From the NCBI GenBank assembly GCA_964016885.1, contig OZ024740.1:240498001-240562000 (forward strand): a stretch of 64,000 nucleotides of DNA, read 5' to 3'. Origin of the DNA: Eledone cirrhosa. Lineage: Eukaryota. Under the pieces are notes generated by a model. The model was not told the DNA's origin and made no database searches. It was given only the letters and a program-made list of their open reading frames with translations. The position numbers and the translations under genes were made by a program. Every line of letters starts with the position of its first letter. Positions within the stretch are counted from its first letter, which is position 1. This document shows positions 26,806 through 39,570 of the stretch, one piece after another.

Positions 26806-27330
26806 TTAGGCCCAGTATTTGAATAACTCCCTCTCTTCCACATTGTGGGAAGCGGAGCCTAGGTTTGTGACCAAAGCAACAAGGTTGGAGGCAAAGAACG
26901 AGTTGTTACACATTGCATCCCAAATTAGGGATTTGTCACCCTTGAAAGGGAAGAGGGTTAATCTATCAGAGTGCTTGCCATTTCCATGGTTGAGGCCAAC
27001 CAGCCCCAATTTTAACAGGAAACTGGCTGCGTCAAGGCTCCTTTTGATAATGTCATTAAGAGTGGCCTGACAGAGAAACAAGCCTGCACTAAGGTGGCAA
27101 GATAATGAGTGGAGACCGAACTCGTCAACCATAGCTCCACAATAGCATCTGTATGATTCACACACGCAGAGGCCAAGGCGCTGTGTCACTCCAATGCAGA
27201 TGCACTCCTCATAGGAAAGGGAACCGATCGATGAGGAAGGCACCAAATTGAGCCAAGTACCACTGTTTGGTTACGAGCAGAATGAGACAGTCTTGGTCTG
27301 GGGAAGACAATCTGCCTGGAAGTGGACTTG
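26806..27330 (-). mobile_element. CRE-like non-LTR retrotransposon relic (zinc knuckle + RLE)
   Basis: CYCGAMVDEFGLHSLSC..SAG....LNDIIKRSL...G.GKHSD.LTLFPF..DKSLIWDA.C resembles the CRE C-terminal endonuclease region. Confidence 0.7.
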
Positions 27331-28085
27331 CACTTGGCATTGGGTAATCGTTTTTTCAGTAATGAAAATGAATAAATCTTGCTATTTTCTTTTGTATTTG
27401 TCTGAAAATGTTAGTTTGTTTGAGTTTACTGTACTACTTATATTTAATGGCTCACTTTGTAGTTCCTTTAGTGATCCTTGTTTTTTTTCACATGTGTTGC
27501 ATGTTGTCTTGGTAGATATCACTGATACGAATAATCTCTAGGTTGGTTCTCTTTAGTTTAAAAGTCATTTTCTTACATTCCCCTCTAAAGTTGCATTTCC
27601 ATTTTTGCGATGTTAATAGATTTAGTACCTGTCCTGTAGAAGGCACATTGGTGCTCAACAGTGCACCCACTTTTTTTTTCTCTTTGGTCAAAGGGAGATA
27701 GTGAAGGGGGGAAATAATAAAAGCAAGTTTGTAACAGAATTTAGCAAATATTATAGTGGTAATAACTGTAAATAAATAGCCATTCTTTCAACTTAAGCTT
27801 GTGTTCCAGCTTTGATTTGAGTGAATATTTCAATTATTTGGTCTCATTTTTTGTTAGGTAGCAACACACAGTCGTATGTGTTGCTGTAGACTCTAGCACA
27901 GTCCCCAAAAATCACAAGAATGTTTTGGCTTATATACGAGTATACACAGTATGTACTGTGAAATATTTAACATTGCCATTAAAAATAATAGGCCAACAAT
28001 AAACTTTGCAGAATCTAATTTAATGGGTCACTGTCCTGAGTTGAAATCACATTAAAGTCTTTTATGTATCCCCAAATTAAATTAA

Positions 28086-29265
28086 CCCTTTAGCATTTAA
28101 ACTGGCCATATCCTGCCAGAATTTTCTCACCTCTTTCTGTTTAAACCAACTGTAACCAGCCGCTCAAACTGAAGTTAAGGTATTGTTTTCAAAATAAATA
28201 ATATCAAAAACTCATAGATTCGATATTATGTGAGATAATGTAGGCTTCACATGCAGCAGCTGTGCTGGGACAGCAAGCAGCAAACAGCCAGAGGAAACAA
28301 GTACCACCAATCTCTGGGAGGACTCTGTAGAAACAGTAGACAGCTTCTGCTACCTAGGTGACCGAATTAGCAGCGGAGGTGGGTGTTCAAAAAGTACAAT
28401 AACTAGGGTAAGAACGGGACAGAAGAAGTTTAGGGAACTACTACCACTGCTAGCTGCAAAAGGCTTCTCCCTCAGAATGAAAGGCAGACTGTATGATACG
28501 TGTATCCGAACAGCGATGTTGCATGGTAGTGAGACCTGGGCGCTGAAGGTGGAAGACTTACGTAGATTAGAGAGAAACAAAGCCTGCATGCTCCGATGGA
28601 TGTGTAACAGTAATATACGTGAATGACAAAGCATAAATGAATTGAGAGAGAGACTGAGCATAAGTGAAATCAAATGCTGTGTGCAGGAGAGGCGGTTGCG
28701 CTGGTATGGACAGGTGATGCATATGAAGGATGACAGCTGCATAAAAAGGTGCAGAGCACTAGAAGTCGATGGAAACCGCGGAGTGGGGAGACCCAAGATG
28801 ACCTGGGATGAGGTGATAAAAGCCGACCTTACCCAATTACACCTCTCAAAGGCAACGACACACGACCGTGACCTCTGGCGTCACGCAGTAATACAGAGTA
28901 CCCAACCTCCCATGGGTACAAGCTGAAGCATATAGACAATATGCCCCCACACACCCCACCGCAAGGTGGTCGTGGAGGTGCCACGGCAAAAAAGCACCCA
29001 GCCCACACTGTAAAGTGGACATGTAGGCGCCACAAAAAAGCACCCAGCACTCACTGTAAATGAGGTTGGTGTTAGGAAAGGCATCCAGCTGTAGAAATCA
29101 AGCCAAATCAGTTCCTGTATGAGCAAGGCATGGTCACACTGCCCACAACAGGACAACCCGTCTAACCCATGCTAGCGTGGAAGAACGGACGTAAGACGGT
29201 GATGATGAATTGTGTGAGGTAAAGCCTTTACCGAGGAAATATAATAGTAAATATGGAGTAAAGGG
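28086..29265 (-). mobile_element. piggyBac-type MITE copy split by the RTE-A insertion
   Basis: The halves 28086-28239 and 29209-29265 together match the reverse complement of 38634-38854. Confidence 0.8.
28237..29208 (+). mobile_element. 5'-truncated, slightly decayed RTE family A copy nested in a MITE
   Basis: Matches about 49235-50220 with substitutions, including an in-frame TGA at 28624. Confidence 0.92.
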
Positions 29266-30719
29266 TTTAAATAACCACCATTAGACACTAAAGTCATTTG
29301 AATTGAAATGGAAAATCCTGATGCCTAATCAAATAGAAAAAGAATTCCATAACTAATAATGTGTGCATCTTATTTGCTCTTATGTTTTCTGCATTTTGGT
29401 TCAGTTTATTTTAAAACCATTATCAAATCTAATTTAAATCATTCTAATCAACTTAATAATAAAAATAATAACCTAAAATGCAGAAACAGATTAAGAATTA
29501 AGAAATTTCAGCAAAGTTTAATTTTAGTTTGATGAAAAAAAAAAGAAATGAAACTGATAGTGAAAAAAAAAAGCAATATTCATTACTTGTACACACTTAA
29601 TGAAATAGGTCAGAAAAGTATTTTGATATACATTACAATATAATCTCTCTGAATTTTCTTTCTTTAGGACATGTTATCTTGCTAACAATTTAAATTCTAT
29701 TCAATTTTATATATCATAAAGAAGCAAACATACAGACATCTAGTCCATGCACAATGTAAATGTCTGTTGGATGCAGATATCAATCTTTTTAACCAGTTTC
29801 AAAAATTGATCACACAGAAAGCTCTAGAAAACATTTAGCTTCTAATTATGCATCTACTAAAAAAAAAAAAAAATGTTTAATATAGACACACACACACACA
29901 CACAATTTATTCAATACCACATTGAATAAGTATAATCAGTTTATTCTTAGTGGTAAATTAGATTCCTTACTCAACATAATATTACAGCAACAAGGACAAT
30001 TGTTTTGGAAGCTATACTATTTATGCAATATAGAATTGTTTCACTGTAATATTCCAGTCACTTTAATTCAAATACAGGATATACAAGGTTAGTATTCAAA
30101 AGTTAAAATCTATGAAGAGCTATGCTACATTAGTTGGGAAAGGAGCAGGTAGAGTCTGAGAAATTACTATAAACAGCAAAGATATGTATATCATGCACAC
30201 ACAATCATCATCAGCAGCAGCAGCAGCATTTTTACAGCCACTTTTCACATTGGCAATGATTGGGCAGAGAGAACTACATATAGGATAAAACAATTGGACA
30301 AAAACATTTTACAAACTGAACATAAAAGGGAAACAGCTCTAGTCTATCAAAACATATTTTTCAATGAATATTACATAAAAAGTTTCAGATGAATTAAGGA
30401 TATAAAATTAATGTATGATTAAAATTAATAATTAGTTTTTTTAAATGATGCTTTAATAATAGTTTGGCTTTTCAGTTTACATTATTTTTTTTTAAATGAT
30501 ATAAATGATAGTAATGCTCATGACTCATTTCAGAGTAACTGAGACTAGTAGGAGAAAGGGATAAATGTTATCCTCAGACAAGAGATCTGGTTTAAATACG
30601 TATAACAAAGTAAACTCCTCTAAAAGACAGCTAAGATCCAGGTAGATGTATGAAACTGATCAATAGATTAAGTTTATATTTATATATTCAATGATAAGTG
30701 GTATTGGTTTGGCCGTTAA

Positions 30720-31199
30720 TCTAAACTATAATAAAGGAAGGTCTGCGGGATTGCGTACGGTTTTGTTTTTTTTATCCCGTTTATAAAATAAGTTGGATTA
30801 CTTTGAATAAATAATGAATGAATATTACATAATTTATCTACTAAATTTCGTGGCTGTTCATTAAATATATTTTGTTTATTTAAAGATTCACTTCTTTAAA
30901 ATTTCTGAAATGTCAACACTTCCGGTGGCAATCACTTAAATAAACATACTTATTTTCCGTCACTAATTTTCTCCTAATGCAGTTTATATATATCGTCTTT
31001 TTTAATGTATCATGGATTACATTACTGATTACATAAGACGGTGTAACGCAGTCTTCATTCAATTTCTATGTATTATATATTGTCAATTACGATTTTATTT
31101 CATGCATCATATCAACATGTATATATACCTGCGTATAATATCAATATACACACTACACACGCTAGCAGAAAACCACCTGAAGGGTGGTTTTTCTGCTAG
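30720..31199 (+). mobile_element. Non-autonomous Helitron (480 bp)
   Basis: 5' A|TCTAAACTATAATAAAG; 3' hairpin ACCACC-TGAAG-GGTGGT then CTAG|T; CpG-richer than the flanks. Confidence 0.75.
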
Positions 31200-32764
31200 T
31201 ATTTTCAATAATAGAAATCAGCAATTGAGTGAGTTCTCAAGAGCAGTGGATGGTAATGGTGTAATGAAAGCTTGTTGCTGTTTAGTCTGGGCTCAGCTCT
31301 GATCAAACAGATTTATGGACAAAGAAATTCCAGCCATGACCACCCTATCTTTTTAGGTTATATTTAAGACTATATTATGCAATATATCCTTTCTTTATTA
31401 AAGATGTTAAGGTGTGATTTGGGGAAATTTGGTTGCTATCTCTGACAGGTTGAGTAACCATGTAATCAAATCTTTTGCATAAAGTAATGGTAGTTGGTAG
31501 GTATGTTTATTTTAATAGCTGGATTAGAGCTTAAAATAATATGAAAATATAGAGTGGAGTTTGGTGAGAATATTTGGAGCTATCAAGAAGTGAATAAGCA
31601 AATATTGAATACTGTGCAGTGAACCCCATAGTGATATGACTAACAAAGTAAATAGTTAAAGCCTGCAGACTTATATTCCTGAATATTTTCCCAGTAACAA
31701 GAAATGTTTTAATAACTCAGCTAACCTAGTATTGAAAATGTAGTTACTGATGTTATAGTGTCAAGAAGACAGACAATTATCTCTATTGATGATAAGAAGT
31801 TTTGTTATGAAAAATACATGTGAAATTTGTGCAGTAAAGACTGAATATTTAAAAAGGCAGGAAATGAACAAGGTGGTTATGTGTCAATAGATGTACAACA
31901 TTAAGTTGGGATAGGTTTGAGTGCAAATGAATAGTGAGGCAACTGAGTGTCAAAAGCACAGACAGATGTAAAAGCTGACTTTTTTATTGTTGTGTATATA
32001 TAATGTTAGTGCATGATATATAGTGAGAAAAATTGGCGATAAATTGGTAATAGAGAATACAATTTAACCATAGAATAAGCTGAGATGTGATAGATTAGAT
32101 TTTAGAAAGTTGTGATAGACATGAAGTAACATAGATTTAAAAAATTGAGAAAGTGCTCTATATAACTCTATAATGTGGCACATGGTCCAGAAAACATGAT
32201 TATAAGTCCAACACCCAAACCACAACAAAAATTTCTTAAATATAAATAGGATGGAAGAAATTAATATAAGTATTAACATTTTAAAATTGGCAGTTTTGTA
32301 TCCTAAATCCAAAGTGGTTTCAGGCAGTTTGGTAACAAAAGAATTAATTTGTTTTAGTCAAAGCCATACAGAGGCACCACTTCCATCTCTCACCAACGCT
32401 AACTACCTAAACACTATGCCCCATTCATAATTAAAGACATCCTTCTTATACCAGTCATTAGAATCTTAAAGCTTTTAACATTTGTCATTCCTAATTTACT
32501 AGCTGCACTTCAATGTTAATTAAATATATTTGCTACACTAATCTTGACTAGTATCTGACCCTTTCCATTTAGTCACACAATATTAACTAACAGCTCTTTA
32601 ATACCAGACTAATATATCAAATAATGATGCAGAAAAGCATTAAAACTGAGAAATCAAGTTGCTTTATTTTGAAGTAATTTCAAGAAGCTTTTCTTGAAAT
32701 GCTGAATTATCTGAGGTAGTTTATATTTTCAAAATGTATGAAGTTAAAAAGAAAAAAAGATCTA

Positions 32765-32889
32765 CCATATATACTCAAATATAAACCAAGACATTGTTTA
32801 GATGGTGTATATAAGTCAACCTCCCATTTTACCATCGATTTTTTTGGGGGGGGGCACATATTCCTTGGCTTATATTTGAGTATATACGG
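32765..32889. mobile_element. Tc1/mariner(pogo)-type MITE, 125 bp
   Basis: TIR CCATATATACTCAAATATAAACCAAG / CTTGGCTTATATTTGAGTATATACGG with TA flanks. Confidence 0.82.
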
Positions 32890-34713
32890 TATCCATAACA
32901 ATTATAAATGCTTAATTTGAATTTGCATTTGTAGATCTATCGGATAATTTGTATTATTTTTATAAAATGTGCCTGCTTCAGCATTTGGTAATCAGGAGAA
33001 GGAAGGAAGGTGAAAAAACCAAACTCGCTACCTTTATTCAGTATTCATGCCAACCCTTACCTATGGTCATGAATCTTGAGTAATGACCAAAAGAATATAA
33101 AAGTGAATACAAGCAGCCAAAATGGGGTTCCTCCGAAAAATCTTTGGAGTAATGTTACTCAATAGAGCTCAGAAATCAGAGAGTCACTCCAGGTAGAGCT
33201 GCTAGCTCTTCAAATTGAGAAATCATAGCTCCAGTACTATGGGCATGTGGTTAGAATTATAGCGAAAAAAATGTTTTCCCACTGTGTTTTCTTTTCCTTT
33301 ACAGACATGGCTACCAAATAAGTGCCCTGCAACCTTGCAAAGATAATAGATAAATTTTCCTGATGGTAGAGGATTTGTGGCACCAGTTGTAGGAAGGAGA
33401 TCATATTCTTGGGCCATCTGTTATCTATCAGTAAAATAACTACCAGTCATTATAAATAGGCTGTCCTATGGCCCTCTGCTTCTTCGCCAAGACAACATAG
33501 CCTGGATATATAACAGTTTACTACTACACCAACCAACCATGCACTGTCAACTACAACTCGTCACTTTTCTTTTATGGGAACCTCCCATGGTAAATAAAGG
33601 ATTTGTGCACAACACTGAGGCTTTACTGAACACTATATTAATTTGTGAACACTATAATCAAGTATATTTATGATTCACATTTTTTTCCTTTTTGCAAAGT
33701 ATTCACATTTTTTTCCTTTTTGCAAAGTAAAAATACATTCAACTAGAATTCTTAGTATTTGTGATGTTCGTTATTTCTTCCACAACAAATAAAACATTGC
33801 TTCTGAATGTCTCAGGAAAGAATCACAGGACAGATTTTATAGGCTAAACCAACTGGCAGGAGACCCAAGGATAGAACTCGAGCAAGATGATTGGATAACA
33901 CCCATGAGCTTGGCTGATCTCACCTGGAGATGGTTGCTTCTGACAGGACCCTTTGGAAGGAGTGTTTGAGACTCTTCACCCATAAGCCTCTCAAGAAGAA
34001 GTGGGAGAAGGAGGAAAGGGAGGACAAAAAGGAGGAGGTGGGGAGGAGAAAGGGAAGGGGGAGGGGGAGAGAAAAGGGGGAGGAGGTTTAATCTTGTGTA
34101 GTTGTACTACCAGAAAATAACAAATAATAGATTGTAATTGATACATGCATTTGATACTTTATTCACTGATTACAGTCTATTTTATTGATTATCATGAAAC
34201 AGATTATATAATGACTATTAACTATTTGTGGGTTAATTGTAAAGAAAATAATCCAAACATTATAAATTAGCCAGGTTCTACCAAATTTTCTTTCAGTGAG
34301 GAGGACATTGTATCACCGAAGTAAATGTGGACATTAAACAAACATACACATACATTTTAGACATAAGAGGAAAATGGCATATTAGATATGTTCTAATGAC
34401 ACTACAACATAGTTTAGATTATTCTTTCTATTCTAATACACTAAAAAAAATGACATTGATTTTGTAGCTGACATGAAATAAACTACAACACAAACAAAAC
34501 ACACAACTGATTTTTTTTTTTTTTTTTTTCTAGAAAAGGAATCGGTAATACTAATTAAGAGAAATACCCATAACACCAAACACAGACTGATAAACACTTG
34601 TTTTCAGCAGGAGGGAGACCTAGGGTATCTTTCAAATCTAACAGGCGAATCTGAAGTGGATTTTTAAAGTACACAACACCAAATATCATCAAAATAAAGT
34701 TATAAAGTCTCAC

Positions 34714-34731
34714 CCAAAACTTCTTCTAACA
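34714..34731 (-). CDS. Candidate 18-nt in-frame microexon between exons E and F
   Basis: TTTCTTTGTCATGTTTTTGTTTCAG|TGTTAGAAGAAGTTTTGG|GTGAGA; adds VRRSFG in phase 2. Confidence 0.45.
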
Positions 34732-36733
34732 CTGAAACAAAAACATGACAAAGAAACCAAATAAGTTTATGAAATTATTCCTTATAAACAAAAATTAAAC
34801 ATTTAAGTTTCTATAAACTAATCAGCAAATGAAAGCCAATTAAAATGATTTTATAAAAATTTGTTTTAATTAGCTTTTCTTTACTGGTTTGTTTATAGAA
34901 ACTTGAAATGTTTATATGTTCATAATATAAATAGTTAAACATCTTTTATTTAATTATCAAGTCACAATTCTAATGCATATGTAAAGATAGACATATGTTC
35001 ATACAAACAAGCAATTATAAATGGATGCATTCAGAAAGAAGTGGTGGCATGATTGACTTTTCTTAATTTTGAATTTTATCTTGCTTATAAATCCATGTCT
35101 TAGCTAAAAATAACGGTAAGAGTGATCTATGCCAATTATATAATTATAACTATATCTACCACATTAATAATGGATATTTTTTGTTATTTTGTTTTTTCTG
35201 TTATAACTAACACATATCAACCAAGTGCAGTTTGACTTGGCATCACTACAAAATCCACTGTAGATATCAAAACAAACTCAACAGCAAATTAGGTGACCGT
35301 ACTTTCACTACCACGCTACCCTCCCACCCCCACCCCATCCCACATGGCAAAACATGTGATGCATGATACAATATGCTTCTACATCAAGTGGTGGCATAGT
35401 ATATCTAATGAGTTATGCATATGAGATATACCCAAACATTCAATTATCTACCAACATGCCACATATCTACTCAAGCAGGACAGACAACATTTTTTAAAAT
35501 TCCAATCTATTGTATAAATCTCCATGATAAATGTGGAGTAATCTCTGATAATAGCCATATAAATGCATGTTCACAATTAGAGAGTAGAGCATGATGCTAT
35601 TCAAACAGGATGTTAATGTACAATACTCTAAATAAAATCAACCTAAAGAGTTCTAATATTTCTTAGGAACTTGACTATTCAATGGTCATATTTTTTTTAA
35701 CAGTAGTTATGTGTAATTGATGGACAATTCATTAGTTTACCATGCAGAGTTCAAATTGATGTATGGATATGAAGGAAACAATGGAAAACCAATCCAGTGT
35801 GTCTCTAATGGCAATTATTCCAACTTAATGACCAAAAGACAAAGTTTATACAAATATTTTATAAGAAATACTGAGATGCCTAAATTTCTTTCTTGTCTCG
35901 TAACCTATGTTAAAATATCAGTTTGGTTTAAATAAACAGCAATCATTTTTTTCATTGACTACATATATATATATAAATTATTTAAGAACTTTTGGGAACA
36001 TTATGCTTTTTATTTACATTCTATTATGTAAACATTTTAATGATCAAAGCTTTTATATCTGTCTAACGAAACTACTAATCTTGCTAACGTAATGTTATGA
36101 CTAAAAAAATTTGGAACATGGTCTGAAACACTAAAGAAATTTTATAATGTGAGTTTTTTGCAGTATAAAACTTGCTTGCTGCATTAAATGTATCTGAAAT
36201 ATAAAAAATATATAGAGAAAAATGATTTTGTTATTTCTTATAGCTTATGCTCATTATTTCATTATCATTGATATCTGAAAATTTCAATATATCTTCTTCG
36301 TAATTTTCTGAAGAAACTTCCAACTAACAAAGAATGGAACTAGCATATTTATTTTTTGATAAATTATATTTTACTATTATAATTCTGTCTTACAAGGGCA
36401 GAGAAAAAATGAGGGAAAGGAACTGGGTAACTATGACATTCTGCATTTCCCAAAAGCATTAGGAAAACAAGTGGCTACCCCTAGAAATTGAAACTCAGTT
36501 CAACATCTTACCTCTGCTTTTAAGTGCTTTCCCTATCTCATCATGATAATTAACTCTGTCAAAAAAGAAAACAGTAACAATTATACTTTTCCAATCATCA
36601 AACTAGAAAGAGAAATGTATTATGGAATTCTTTGTGTTGAATCCAAAGCTGAAACCAAATTGACAAATATTACCCTATGGACACTTGGATAACATTGCAT
36701 TGATATAGAGGAAATTTGCTTCAGGTAACTCAC

Positions 36734-36830
36734 CCAGTTTGTTGTCGAAGACCAGCTAATTGAAAAAGGATGTCAACTTCCATTGGAGTAAGTTGGGCAG
36801 CAAAGTCTTGGGCTTGATATAGCAATTCCT
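36734..36830 (-). CDS. SLC25A12: Aralar/citrin exon E (97 nt)
   Basis: EELLYQAQDFAAQLTPMEVDILFQLAGLRQQTG; TAG acceptor, GTGAGT donor; Q.TP.E.DIL.QLA motif. Confidence 0.95.
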
Positions 36831-38217
36831 CTATAATAAAGAAATGCCAAAACATTTTTTAAAATGGAGCGAGGTAGATAAATAAAGGAAATGAAAGAAT
36901 GAAAACTGAGAGAGAGACTAATATTCAAGATTTTGTTTCATGTAAAGCAAACCAGAGAGAAATGGGAATAAAAAGAATCAATCAGATAAAAACTACTTCC
37001 TAGAACTTGTATAAGACATTATTTTAATCATTTTATTCATATTTCTCATGAAATGCACTGTTTCTCAAATAATTTTCAAAGTAATCAAGAATTTGAGGGG
37101 GAGGGCATAACCTAACAAAGGTCTTTAAAAAGATGTGGTGGAAGATTTTTAGATAATTTCAAAACAGGCAGTTTGCTATCAAAAGTGTTAAGTGCTATTT
37201 TCAACAGTACAGTAATAAAACATTTCTAAATAAGAGTTTGGCAGTGTAGTGTAGGAAGACAAGCTTCATATACTTTAGGAATGCAAAATTTAATGAATAT
37301 AGTCTTCAAGTACTAAACAGAATTGAATAACTAAGAACCATCTATATGGTAAATCTTTCTAGGCAGATTGCTTATCAAAAATAATCCCAGTTTTCCATTA
37401 GAATGATTCAAGTAGCCTAGTAACTATTTTCATCTAATTTCTTAATGCTTCAAATGTTCTGCATCTCTTCTTTCTCTATCTCAAATGTCAATTTCTTTTA
37501 ACACCAATTCTCTTTGGCTAGAAACAGAGATGTTATCTGTGTATACTTTATCAGTGAACACCAACTCTGCACTATCTGTTAATGAATCAGTTCCTTAGTT
37601 GTGAATGTGTACGGCAAATGGGGGGGGGGGGGGGGGGCACCTGGAAAAACCATATTCTCAATGAGACTTTACTAGCGAATCAACAGCTGTAGATACACTG
37701 GTTGGGGCCAGTTCAATTCATCCCAGATGGACACCAACACAAGTAACAAGTATGGAGAAGTACAGCTGAATACTATAGGCAGTGATGAGCAACATAACTG
37801 ACAAGTGGCTAGGTGGTGATAATGGCTGTGGCAGTGGTAACAATGACAGTGGTGGCAATTATCACAATGGTGGTGACGAGGATTGGAAATGCATAGAGGT
37901 GAAGGAGATTCAAGAAAAATGCTATTTTCCTAAAGCGGAGGCAGGTCATACTTATTAATTTAGTAAAACAGTATAAGAATCCAAGGCAACTAGTAATGCT
38001 CTGTTTGCTGAATTATTACATAAATCTCCTCTCAGCCAATCTAAGGTAATTTGTTTAGATTTGTGTTTTGTATAAACTTCTGTAAAAGCTCCATCAGTCT
38101 ATAGTCCTGAAACACATGGACAAACATGTCGTCAAATTTTAAGAATATCAAACTATATATAACAAGTTACAGAAATATATAAAGCTCAAATCAAATCCCT
38201 TAATTTGACTAACTAAC

Positions 38218-38359
38218 CTTTTGTTACTTCTCTGGTGAAATCTTTCTGAGAAGCAGCAAGATATACTTTCTTAACAAGTTCCATATTATTCATCAAGGAA
38301 ATAAAGGCAATAAAGTAAGTGTAGCTCACTTGGCGGTGACGTTCACCTCCTAGGGTGAC
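38218..38359 (-). CDS. SLC25A12: Aralar/citrin exon D (142 nt)
   Basis: [47 protein letters not shown]; CAG acceptor, GTTAGT donor; NNMELV motif. Confidence 0.95.
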
Positions 38360-38633
38360 CTGTGAGGGGAAACAAGAATGAGAAGTTAACAGTAGTAACA
38401 TTTAGTTATCAATAGACGTTAATTTGTCACATTAACTTCCATTTAATTTTTTCTCTCTCAGAGGTCAATGAAATTTTAATAGAGAAATAAAACAGGTTTA
38501 AATAAGAGAGTTTAAGCTGTTATAATATACCACAGCTGGAAGTTGTTATGTTATTGGACTACCAGCCAATAAGTCTCTAATCTGAACTCTGTCACCAAAT
38601 CTGTGTTATTTCCAGATGTTCAAAATAGTTTAA

Positions 38634-38854
38634 CCCTTTAGCATTTATATTTCTCAGTATTTACTCTTGTATTTTCATAGTAAAGGCTTTATCTCACATA
38701 ACTATGTCACATAATATCGAATCTACGAGATTTTGATATTATTTATTTTGAGAAAAATATCTTAATGTCAGTATGAGCAGCTGGTTACAGCCAGTTTGAA
38801 CAGAAAGAGGTGAGAGAATCCTAGCCAGATACAGCCGGTTTAAATGCTAAAGGG
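38634..38854 (+). mobile_element. piggyBac-type MITE (221 bp)
   Basis: TIR CCCTTTAGCATTTA / TAAATGCTAAAGGG with TTAA on both sides. Confidence 0.88.
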
Positions 38855-39570
38855 TTAATATACCTAACTCTTCATCTTCATTCAGTGGCCTCAGCTGAAA
38901 TGGACTCAACAATTGATCTCCACATGGGTCTGTCGTTCATTGCCGTTGCCAAGTCCTGAATTTCAATACCAGAGTCTCTGGAGATGACATCAGGGTAGGA
39001 GAGCTTACGCCCTCGTTATTAGTGACTGCTTGTGGTTTCCAAAGCACTAATGGGTATCATAAGATTTATAACTTACTGCTGTATACCTGAGAGGTATTTC
39101 ATTAACCTGTAGTGTTCTAAATTCATATTCTCCTCCTGTAGAGAAAACAATATTTTCAGGGGAAGAGGTAGCTCTCAACTGTTTAAAACATTGAAAATTG
39201 ACACAGGCTCCAGCAGGTTATATTATTGCCTTTTGTTTATTATCAGTGAATAAAATATAAATTTAAGATATAGAATATTGTTATAACACAACTGTTTCAA
39301 TACCCAAGCAAGCTTGAGATAAGTCTAAAAGTACATAATTACATGCTGGATGAACAAACATTAATGGATATTTCAGGACTATTACAGGACTATTACACTA
39401 GCAATCAAACTACTCTAGATTCATTCATGAGTGGAAAATGATGATGTTGTGTTTGAATATGTTAACACAGATGGACACAACATTTGGAATCCTTTGCTAA
39501 GTTATACAATCTAAAAAGTAACAAACTCTTTATATAATATATACATATATATATATACATATATACATAT

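Larger units (their letters stand above)
26117..27949. mobile_element. Longer member of the same Tc1/mariner-type family, hosting nested insertions
   Basis: Same TIRs at 26117 and 27949 with TA flanks; internal ACTCCCC..TACCATTGATTTTTTT segment shared with 32765-32889. Confidence 0.65.

Noticed and set aside
34620-34650. Duplicated or mutually exclusive version of exon F (IRLLDL resembles IRYEDL)
   Set aside because: The acceptor gives the wrong phase, the correct phase hits a stop, and there is no good donor.
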